Shown here piece by piece: positions 51,452-60,300 of a stretch of 64,000 bases of DNA; position 1 is the first letter of the stretch, and every line of letters begins with the position of its first letter. The notes under the pieces were generated by a model. It was not told the origin of the DNA. It saw nothing but the letters and a program-made list of their open reading frames with translations, and ran no database searches. A program made the translations under genes and the position numbers. The stretch covers positions 9,188 to 73,187 of the forward strand of contig CAJTOG010000005.1 in the NCBI GenBank assembly GCA_910577575.1, written 5' to 3'. Origin of the DNA: an uncultured Ruminococcus sp. GTDB lineage: Bacteria > Bacillota > Clostridia > Oscillospirales > Ruminococcaceae.

Positions 51452-52104
51452 CAGTTTTCCTCTTTCTTTTCAACCGCTCTTACGGTAACCCTGCTCTGTC
51501 CGCCGATAGTGCAGGTAAACAATGTTAAGTCCCATTCATCAGCAGAACCAAAATCCATTGCCTCAATATCTTTACCATTGATTTCAGTAACCTGTAAAAC
51601 CTCATAATAGTGTGGATATCCGTTTGCATCAGTAAAAATAATTTCCTCACCGCCTGCCAAATCTCTTAATCTTCCGAAATGAGAATAATAATTATGAGCA
51701 GCTATTATAATATCTTTATCGGCAATAGTACCTTTATACCGGCAAGGTGAAATATTAAGACGGGGATAGCTCCATTCACTCATAACCGGAAGTTCTATCT
51801 CCAGTGACGGAACAGAAATAATCCCAATATATGAATAATCTCCTACATAAGTCGTCGCTTCTTCTATAACAGGTGTAGTCGTAGTATCATATTTTGCATA
51901 TTCAGCAAAAAGGTCTTCTTCAATTGTAGTTATAGTAGTAGCCTGAGTTGTTTCAGGCATTCCGATTTTCAGTTCATTTAAAATACTGTTTGCGGCTTCA
52001 CCGCCTTTTTTATTTTCATTCATATTGTACAAAACAAGGGACAACGCTGCAATAAGCAGAGCTGCCCCAAGTAATATACAACACAATCCATGTGTCTTTT
52101 TCAT
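51451..52104 (-). CDS. Sortase (short, N-terminally anchored, not class C)
   Basis: N-terminal TM helix, His in AAHNYYSHF, the TLFTCT active-site Cys and a downstream Arg (SRVTVRA). Confidence 0.8.
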   Translation of the reverse strand: MKKTHGLCCILLGAALLIAALSLVLYNMNENKKGGEAANSILNELKIGMPETTQATTITTIEEDLFAEYAKYDTTTTPVIEEATTYVGDYSYIGIISVPSLEIELPVMSEWSYPRLNISPCRYKGTIADKDIIIAAHNYYSHFGRLRDLAGGEEIIFTDANGYPHYYEVLQVTEINGKDIEAMDFGSADEWDLTLFTCTIGGQSRVTVRAVEKKEEN

Positions 52105-52106
52105 TA

Positions 52107-53399
52107 TCAGTCTTCTCTCCTGCTATTAAAAAGTAAACGTAAACCAATAGCAACAAATATCATACCGCCGAAAAGCATTACAGGAACCGGCCACCAAAGC
52201 TGACCTGTCTGAGGAAGCTTTTCAATTGCTTTAGTAGTAGTTTTAGCAGTTGACTTTGAAGTGCGGTTTGAATTTCCACCACCACTGGAATTATTTGACT
52301 CATTTATTGTAGTTGTCTTGGTACCTGAAATTGTAATATCGGAAGTACTGCTTGTTGATGTATCATTATCAGTTGAAGAAGCGGTTAAATCACCGCTTAC
52401 AGTAGTTACTGTGGCTGACTGTCCAGTGAAAGTTGTTGAATCTTCCGGCTTGACATCCTTTGAACCTGTTGTAGTAGTTCGTGTATCTTCACCGCCATCT
52501 ATCGGACCTGTGCGGGTTGTAGTAACAGCTGTTCTACTTGTACTTTTAGTATCCATCGGAACTGTATGAGTTGTAGTAACAGTTGTAGTTGTTGTCGTTT
52601 GACGCAGCAATTCATTGTCATAGTTATTCATGATAATATACTGTGTTGTATTGTTTCTGTACATTACAAAACAACCGGCAGGAACAGTTACTTCCTTAAC
52701 TCTCCATTCACTGGAAACATCACCCTCCCATGAATAAGTCCAGTTATTTTCCTGACTTAACTTAACAGTATCATAAACAACATTGTTCTCATAAATCTCA
52801 ACAGCAATTTCCACTGGTTTATCAGTTACACCATCAGCATTAGCCCATATTTTTCTTACGGCATATCGTTCAATGTCTCCCGGCAGTGTTCTTTTAATAC
52901 GAAACTTAGGATAACCATCAATTTCTTTTTTACTTCCGTCAACTTCAAAAATAATCGGAACCGGAACAAAAGTATAATCTTCTCTCTTTACGCTTTTTCC
53001 ACATGCAAGATATAAACCGACTTCAAGATTTTCAAAACGAATCACACCATTATTATCTGTTATACCCTTTCTTTCAGGTGAAAGAGAATCAAGCATTGCA
53101 AAATTTTCAAGAGTTGAAGCAGTTTCAGTTATACTTTCTTCAGTAAGACCACCAAGAATCACAGGATAATTTGCAAAATCACCGCTAAGAGTATATTTAT
53201 TACCACTTTTTTTGCCAATCTTATAAATTGACCACTGCATACCTGAAAGAATAAAATCATCTTCCTTGCAATAAAGAATCAGGCTCTCACTCTTCTCTGC
53301 GGCTGAAACATTAACCGTAAGACCTGCGGCTAACATAAGAACCATACCTAATGCACACAATACAGCACCTAATCTTTTGTACATTTTTCGCATTGTCAA
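52107..53399 (-). CDS. LPXTG-anchored minor (probable base) pilin with a CnaB-type domain and a long Thr/Ser-rich stalk
   Basis: Signal peptide and a CnaB-like IRFENLEVGLYLACGK. About 140 aa of T/S-rich tail. Sorting signal LPQTGQLWWPVPV, then a TM helix, then SRRED. Confidence 0.75.
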   Translation of the reverse strand: MTMRKMYKRLGAVLCALGMVLMLAAGLTVNVSAAEKSESLILYCKEDDFILSGMQWSIYKIGKKSGNKYTLSGDFANYPVILGGLTEESITETASTLENFAMLDSLSPERKGITDNNGVIRFENLEVGLYLACGKSVKREDYTFVPVPIIFEVDGSKKEIDGYPKFRIKRTLPGDIERYAVRKIWANADGVTDKPVEIAVEIYENNVVYDTVKLSQENNWTYSWEGDVSSEWRVKEVTVPAGCFVMYRNNTTQYIIMNNYDNELLRQTTTTTTVTTTHTVPMDTKSTSRTAVTTTRTGPIDGGEDTRTTTTGSKDVKPEDSTTFTGQSATVTTVSGDLTASSTDNDTSTSSTSDITISGTKTTTINESNNSSGGGNSNRTSKSTAKTTTKAIEKLPQTGQLWWPVPVMLFGGMIFVAIGLRLLFNSRRED

Positions 53400-53411
53400 C
53401 CACCTTCCTTA

Positions 53412-54269
53412 TTAATTCAATAATTTCATATAATCTTTTTTCCTTTTATGTAACTTTCTGTTACCGCTGAAAATCCAGAAGCAAATCAGAATCAAAACCA
53501 GCGGAGCAGCAATAAACGGTATAACAAGCATAGGGTCAACTTTCAGAGCATCAGGTTCAACTTTAACAGTATGTTCATAAATTGTTTCTATACGATGCGA
53601 ACGTATAAGCAGACGATGAGAGTTGATTCCGTATGGTGTACAGGTCATAAGAGTAACATAATCACCGTCAGGAATAACTGAAAGCTTATCTATTTCACTT
53701 GGCTCAACAATAAGAATTTCCTCAACTTCGTATGTAAAAACTTCATTAAGAACAGTAATGGTAAAAGTATCGCCAGTAACAAGTTCATCCAAATCAGTAA
53801 ATAATTTTGCTGATGGCAGACCCCTGTGAGCTGAAATAACCGCATGGGTATTCTTTCCGCCTATCGGTAATGATGAACCCTCCAGATGACCGGTAGCAAT
53901 ATTTAGAACTTCCGCACTTGTTCCGTGATAAATCGGAAGCTCAACACTTATGACAGGTATTGCAATATAGCCTATGATTCCCGAATCGCCGACATTAAGA
54001 ATTTCATCATAATCTGTAAGCTTATCATATTCAGTAAATGGTGAAACAAGTTGATTCAGTCTGTTGTTGTAATCGTAAGCTGCCTCCCAGATTTCATTAT
54101 ATCTGTCGGGGTCAAGCTGCTGAACAAATTCATTATAATTTGCAACCATACGGCTCTGAACCCTTTTGTTCCACCAGTCACTGACTGTAGGATAAAGCAT
54201 TACGGAGAGTCCCACCAGCAAAATAATAACTAATATAATTGTTGAAATAATACCAGATTTTTTCCTCAT
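53412..54269 (-). CDS. Class C (pilus-polymerising) sortase
   Basis: N-terminal TM helix, a lid-region SPF (variant of DPF/W), LPIYHGTS, TLMTCTPYGINSHRLL, and the extra C-terminal TM helix typical of class C. Confidence 0.85.
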   Translation of the reverse strand: MRKKSGIISTIILVIILLVGLSVMLYPTVSDWWNKRVQSRMVANYNEFVQQLDPDRYNEIWEAAYDYNNRLNQLVSPFTEYDKLTDYDEILNVGDSGIIGYIAIPVISVELPIYHGTSAEVLNIATGHLEGSSLPIGGKNTHAVISAHRGLPSAKLFTDLDELVTGDTFTITVLNEVFTYEVEEILIVEPSEIDKLSVIPDGDYVTLMTCTPYGINSHRLLIRSHRIETIYEHTVKVEPDALKVDPMLVIPFIAAPLVLILICFWIFSGNRKLHKRKKDYMKLLN

Positions 54270-54285
54270 GGAACCCTCCCTAATG

Positions 54286-54313
54286 CTCCTCCCGGCGATT
54301 AAGCCGAGAGGAG
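54286..54313 (-). promoter_or_regulatory. GC-rich intercistronic stem-loop between the backbone pilin and sortase C genes
   Basis: The minus strand reads CTCCTCTCGGCttaatcGCCGGGAGGAG (11 bp, one G-U pair). No U-run follows. The sortase Shine-Dalgarno sequence GGGAGGG lies just 3' of it. Confidence 0.5.
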
Positions 54314-54356
54314 TTTAAGGTTTATTTATTGAATGACATATAATTCAATCAGAGAA

Positions 54357-56126
54357 TTAAAGTTCTTCTTTCTTCATACGCTTCTTTGTAATAAGGAATA
54401 TGCCTGCAACTGCAACCATTGCACCACCGCCAAGATAGAACAATTTTGTACCAATGCCACCGGTTGATGGAAGTGAAGTACCCTTGTTATTTGTAATCTC
54501 AAAATCAGCATTGCTATTGGTTTCATCAAATTTAAGTGAAACATTATTGCTTTCACCTTCTGCATTTGCTCCTGAAATCTTCTCAAGATGTGAAGTAACT
54601 TCAATCTTAATTTCTGCACGCTCTGTAAGCTCATTATAGCCTGTAGGAGCATTTACTTCATCGAGATAATAAGTGCCGGCATCAAGACCCTTAATTAAAA
54701 TTACACCATCATCAGCTGTTTTAATTGTTTCAGCTACTTTGTCTTCAGAATCTTTAACCGGATAATAAGCACCATCTGCACCCTTATAAAGCTCTATCTT
54801 ATTACCATCAGTTGCGGCATCATAAAGCTCAAATTCAGCTCCGGCAAGTGTAGCTTTTGTATCTCCGTCAATTTTAGTACCATTAGCTTTATATGTGTAT
54901 ACACCTACAGTGTCTTCCGGTGTTTCACCTGTTTCTTCATCGCCTTCTTCTTCCTCATCTGGTCCCTTAGGTTTTTCATCCTTTGAATCAGGAGCTTTTT
55001 CTCCTCTTCCTTCCCAGTTAGGATTGTTGGAGTAAGTCAACTTAACCGTATTTATATTAGCCTTTGAAGTAACACCATAAACCAATTCATCTTCATCTGC
55101 TTCTGCAATCATTGCATCTTCACTAAGATGAGCATTATAGATAACTTCAATAACTGAACCGTCTGTTAAATCAGCATCATATTCTTTAATATCGGCAATT
55201 GTAAGATTCCATGAACCATCTGTAAGACCTGCTACAGCTTCTGTATAGTAACCATTTTTAGCAGTTGTTTCATTGTATACAGGAACTTCTATATCACCAA
55301 CCTTAACGCTTGCAATGCTGTCAAATATAACACCTTTAGCAAGAGTATCAATAAAACTTACCTTGTATGTATCGTAAGCAGCATATTCAGCATCAGCATC
55401 TAAAGTAGCAACAAGCTTAAACTGGAATGTTTCATTGATGTTATGGTCGGCTGTTTCACCCCAATGTTCTGTGTTCTGACCGTCTGTGTTATCCCAAACC
55501 TGTTTATCAACCTTTGGAGCTGCGTGTTTAGCAGTAATTTCTACATCTGTACCTGCAAGCTTAACCATATAACGTGATTTAGCACCTGAGTTTGAACCGT
55601 TTCCATTGTTTTCAGGAGCAGCTGCATCAACAACAAGATAATAACCTGCATCAAGATTTTCAAGTGTACCAGCTTTGGTATCATCTAAATTAGAAGCTAC
55701 AATATCAAGAAATGCATTCATTTCTTCAGATTTATCAGTGAAAACATTAACTTCTGTCTCTTCAACAGTTTTCTTTGCAGTACCTAAAATCTTTGCAACA
55801 TCAGCAGCATCTTCAACATTTTCATCAAAATATTTTCCAATTACACTATCTGCCTTCAATGCTGATAAAATAGAATCTCCTTTTACACCTATACCCCATT
55901 CAACATTACTGAAAGTTTCAGTTAAAGCACTTGTATCACCGTCGGTTTCAGTTGTATAAGTACCTTTGAAAATCTGATAGGACTTATAAGAATGTTTTGC
56001 TCCATCAGTATCATTAACAGTAATATTAAGAGCAGATGAACTGAAATTCATAGCCATAGGAGCGGTCATTGTTGCAGCCATAAGGGTTGCCGCTATTGCA
56101 GCAGTTACTTTCTTAAAGTTTTTCAT
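54357..56126 (-). CDS. LPXTG-anchored backbone (major) pilin, isopeptide-domain fimbrial protein
   Basis: Signal peptide (start at 56126, AAGGAGAA Shine-Dalgarno sequence). E-box YYLDEVNAPTGY. An acidic Pro/Glu linker. Sorting signal LPSTGGIGT, then a TM helix, then KKRMKKEE. Confidence 0.8.
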   Translation of the reverse strand: MKNFKKVTAAIAATLMAATMTAPMAMNFSSSALNITVNDTDGAKHSYKSYQIFKGTYTTETDGDTSALTETFSNVEWGIGVKGDSILSALKADSVIGKYFDENVEDAADVAKILGTAKKTVEETEVNVFTDKSEEMNAFLDIVASNLDDTKAGTLENLDAGYYLVVDAAAPENNGNGSNSGAKSRYMVKLAGTDVEITAKHAAPKVDKQVWDNTDGQNTEHWGETADHNINETFQFKLVATLDADAEYAAYDTYKVSFIDTLAKGVIFDSIASVKVGDIEVPVYNETTAKNGYYTEAVAGLTDGSWNLTIADIKEYDADLTDGSVIEVIYNAHLSEDAMIAEADEDELVYGVTSKANINTVKLTYSNNPNWEGRGEKAPDSKDEKPKGPDEEEEGDEETGETPEDTVGVYTYKANGTKIDGDTKATLAGAEFELYDAATDGNKIELYKGADGAYYPVKDSEDKVAETIKTADDGVILIKGLDAGTYYLDEVNAPTGYNELTERAEIKIEVTSHLEKISGANAEGESNNVSLKFDETNSNADFEITNNKGTSLPSTGGIGTKLFYLGGGAMVAVAGIFLITKKRMKKEEL

Positions 56127-56197
56127 AAAAATTCTCCTTTTCTTGTACATAAAGCACATAAAATTTAATTGTTTATCAATTCGGAAAAATCCGGATT

Positions 56198-56785
56198 CTA
56201 AACTTTACTGATGACCTTAAAAGGCCATATGCGTAAAATAACCTTGCCGATGATATATTCATCAGCAACGCATCCAACAGAAGTTGAACGGCTATCAATT
56301 GAAACAGAACGATGGTCACCCATAACAAAAATTCTGTTTTCCGGAACCTGATACGGCAATTTTATATCACATTCGCCAAAAGCCTTTTCATTCACATACG
56401 GTTCATCAAGCTCGTTGCCATTGAGATAAACTGTACCATCATCTGCAATATCAATAACATCACCAGCTGTTCCTATAACTCTTTTCAAAAGAATTTTATT
56501 ATTGAAATAAAATGCTACAATATCACCGCTTTCGAAATTACTGCGTTTGCTGCATATAAGAAGTTCATCATTAAGAAGCGTCGGAGTCATACTTGTTCCT
56601 GTAACTCTTAAAACCGGTAAGAACAGCATTGAGACCAGAACTGCAATTGATGCAACAACAAGAAGTGAAGAAACTGTTGTATAAAGAGTTTTAACATAAT
56701 TCCTTCTGTAGTTAATCCGCCTCACTTCAGAATTAAGCTGTTCAGCTGTAGGAATGTCTTTTGTAAATTCTTCCATACTGCTCAT
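56198..56785 (-). CDS. Signal peptidase I (S26) encoded inside the pilus locus
   Basis: N-terminal TM helix, catalytic-Ser box GTSMTPTL, Lys box LLKRVIGTAGD and GDHRSVSIDSR. Confidence 0.85.
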   Translation of the reverse strand: MSSMEEFTKDIPTAEQLNSEVRRINYRRNYVKTLYTTVSSLLVVASIAVLVSMLFLPVLRVTGTSMTPTLLNDELLICSKRSNFESGDIVAFYFNNKILLKRVIGTAGDVIDIADDGTVYLNGNELDEPYVNEKAFGECDIKLPYQVPENRIFVMGDHRSVSIDSRSTSVGCVADEYIIGKVILRIWPFKVISKV

Positions 56786-57063
56786 TGCCCCGTTTCTTCT
56801 GAAGCACTATAACTGCTTACAGGATTCTGCTGATTCTTTTTGCCGAAATAGTTTTCAGCAGAATTTTTAACTGCATCTGAAATTATTTTAATTAATTCAT
56901 CGGAAAGATTATTCTTGGCTTCAATAGCGACTTTCGATAAATCATCAATACGAACTTTCAGACTTTCATTTTCTTCTTTTAGCTTATCAAGTTCTTCCCT
57001 TAGATAAAACATGAGTTCGAGCAATTCTGAGCGTTTAAGCTTCCGAAGTTCCTTGTCTGCCAT
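56782..57063 (-). CDS. Small coiled-coil protein (93 aa), translationally coupled to the signal peptidase gene
   Basis: ATGA overlap with the downstream gene. GGAAAGGAG Shine-Dalgarno sequence. Heptad-rich LRKLKRSELLELMFYLREELDKLKEENESLKVRIDDL. Confidence 0.55.
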   Translation of the reverse strand: MADKELRKLKRSELLELMFYLREELDKLKEENESLKVRIDDLSKVAIEAKNNLSDELIKIISDAVKNSAENYFGKKNQQNPVSSYSASEETGQ

Positions 57064-57107
57064 ATTTTCTCCTTTCCGGAAAACAACTCATCCAAATTAT
57101 TTATTTT

Positions 57108-57136
57108 ATTATACACCTTGATTTCTGATTTGTCAA
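57108..57136 (-). promoter_or_regulatory. Consensus sigma-A promoter (TTGACA-17 nt-TATAAT) driving the coiled-coil/SPase/pilin/sortase genes
   Basis: The minus strand reads TTGACAaatcagaaatcaaggtgTATAAT, about 45 nt upstream of the ATG at 57063. Confidence 0.55.
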
Positions 57137-57267
57137 GATTTATTACTAAAATTTAGTGATTTTTGTCTAAATGCACAAACTAAGTTATTTTTAATTGTAC
57201 AACATATAACATTTATCACTTAAATTTCATTAAAATGTTATATTTTTTGGATAATTTGCCGATTATC

Positions 57268-57299
57268 GTCTCTCCCTGTTTTTCAGGTCAGAGAGAGAC
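57268..57299 (-). terminator. Hairpin downstream of the giant adhesin gene; probable terminator with a weak U-tract
   Basis: The minus strand reads GTCTCTCTCTGacctgaaaaaCAGGGAGAGAC (11 bp, one G-U pair), 16 nt after the stop codon. Confidence 0.45.
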
Positions 57300-57314
57300 A
57301 TTAATCAGATAAAT

Positions 57315-60300
57315 TTATGCAGTTTTTCTGCGTCTGCGTCTGTAGTAAATAATACCCAAAAGACTTCCGCTGATTATAAGAATACCTGTAACATGATAAG
57401 GTTTTGTACCTGTTCCGCCTGTTGACGGCATTTCTACACCTTCCGGAGTTTCTCTGTAATTATAAATTTCAGCCATGCTGTCACCGGGCTTTGAAGCATT
57501 GATAGCATAAACAGTCTCATTGTCGCCGTCACTGAATGCATACAAAGGAGTGTAACCGTTCGGCGAATCAATCTCTGCTATCCAGTAATAATAAGGATTG
57601 CCATTTTCATCATAAACATCAAGACCATCAAATGTCAACGTTCTGTTGAAATCGCCTTTACCGCCGTCAAATGTAACAGTTTTGCCGTTAACTCTATAAG
57701 CTTCAAACGGGTCAGCCTGTTCTGCATATGTTGATGCAGAATAAAATCTTGCGGAACGCTTCATATAGTTTGCAGGAACTATTTCGTCATACTGGAATTT
57801 ACAGCTTTCAACTGTCCAACAATCATTGTTTGAATATACTTCAATACAATCTATTGATGTAGCATTTATAAAATCAATTGTAACTTCCATACCATTACAA
57901 GTTACGTTGCAAATACCAGAGTTATTATTATAACTTAAACCTAAAACAGCACCATCATTAGAATATATACCTGTTTCATTTTGTTTGAATTTAATAATAT
58001 ACATAGACCAACTGTTACTTGTTGAACTCATTTGCATGGTTATCTTTTGCACTTTTTTAGCCGAATCTGCTTTTATCTCATATGATTTACCGGCTTCCAT
58101 CTTAATTGAACCTTTTACTACATTAATTGAAATTTCTTTTGAAACACCATCATCACGAGTTACTTTAATCCTTGTTGTTCCTTCTGAAATGCCCTTAACA
58201 GTAATAGTACCGTCATTATTATTAATAACATCTGCTATATTAGAATCTAAAGATTCACAAGAAAACTCACCATAATACGGATTAATAGTAAATCTGATTT
58301 CCTTATCAACAGCAACTTCACTGCTATCACCGGTGACATCAAAATTGTTAGGAAGAACAACATTTATATTAAGAGGAACTGTTAAACCGTTTGCTTTGAC
58401 ATTGATTGTATAGTTACCCAAAACGGTCGCTGTAAGTTTATTACCGTCAATAGTTATATTTTTGTTGCTGCAATTAAATTCTGCATTGTCAACGTCAACG
58501 CCGCTATCTGTAACTTTAAGCGTATATTCTGTACCTGCTGTAACATTATAACAGCCATTAACAAACTCTGCACCATCAACAGAAGCCGTCAGAGAAGAAA
58601 CAGTTATATTAATTGTTTCAGTAGTTTTTCCGTCTGTTATCGCAACAGAAGTTTCTCCGTCACTGATACCATTAATTTTAATTATGTTACCGTTCACTTC
58701 AACTGATGCAATACCTTCATCAAGACTCGACTTATCAATTGAAATACCTGATTTATTTGCAGTTATTTCAGTAATATTATCAACAGTCACAAGAACGTTT
58801 TCCGGAAGTGAAAGTTTCAATTCCAGTTTATCTGCTATATCAGACGGCATTTCAGTACTGCGGTAGAGCTGGACTGTAATACTGTCCTTAAGATGAGCAT
58901 CATTTCCATCGCTCCATGTTTTATTGACGCTTATTGAAAACTGTCTTGTATTTGTAATTTCAACTGTTCCTGCATTTGTTCCGTCAGTCTTGGATTCAAA
59001 ATCTGCCGGTTCTATCGGAGTTTTGGAATAACCGTCAATTTCAATTTCATCAATAGTATAGTAATAAAGATTTCCGTTTGCATCACGGGCAGGTAAATCA
59101 GTATATTCCCATGTATCTTTTGTGCCTGATACATCTGTTGGGTTATCTGTAAGAACAGTTTCCCACTCGGAATATGTTCCGTCAGCATTCTTAATACGTC
59201 TTTGCAGATAGAAGTTGTTTGGTAAAAGTGCGTGCTTATCTGCATCAGCTATCGCATCGTCGCCAACCCATGTTTTATGGACACGTATTGAAGTTTTTTC
59301 TGTGTTACGCCTATTTACAACAGTTACAGGAGTATCACTTGCTGCCTGCTGTGCATTGTCTTCATAAGATACTTTCCATACATTAGCAACAGCATCTGTT
59401 TCTTCAACTCCATAGATATACTTTCCATTACTGTCTCCTACAGGAACATCTATAGCCTTTGTCCACGAACCATCTGAATTAATAGTAAACTTTGCTATAT
59501 CAGGGTCTTTATCGTCAGTTGTAAAAGAGCCGTCTGTTTTAAGGTATTCTATGTAGTAAGATTTTATAGATTTACCATAAGCTTCAGCTATTTTATCCCA
59601 ACCGGCTGCATTTGGATGACAACCATCATCCTGAAGATATTTATCTGTGATAATTTCATTAATGTCAACTAAATAAATATTCGGGTCAGCATCAGCAATT
59701 TCTCTTACCGCTTCATTTGCATAAGAGATAATATTTTTACATTCTGTTTCCCAATCCTTCAATACTGTGGCATCATTACTATAAGGATAATTCCACCACC
59801 ATTTTCCGCCTTCTGTAGCTTCTGTGCTGTTTTTAAGCCATTTGAAATCTGGAATTGTGCCAAGGAAAATAATCGGATTCTTACCGCTATTCTCTTTAAG
59901 ATTATCAATCAGAGTAGCATAGCTTTCTTTTATTGCTCTTTTAACTGTATCCTTATCAGCACTTTTTATACCGCTGCCCTGATGAACATCATTAGTTCCA
60001 CCAAGCAGACAAATAACATCTGCTCCTTGTACATTAGTATTGAATGCACTGATTTGTGCACTGTTCTGACCGAGATTTGTAATCGAATTACCTTTAAGTT
60101 TGAATCCGGCTGATGTCAATGCCTTTGCTAAATCCAGAGGATAAGCATCGTTTGTGGTCTGATAACCATAAGTGATAGAATCACCTACAGCCATAACACT
60201 CACTTCATTTTCCGGAATAATGTTTTTATAAACTCTGACTTTGACTTCGTTTGGAATTTCATTGTCTGGAAGCGGAGTTACACCGTCTTCATCAACCCAC

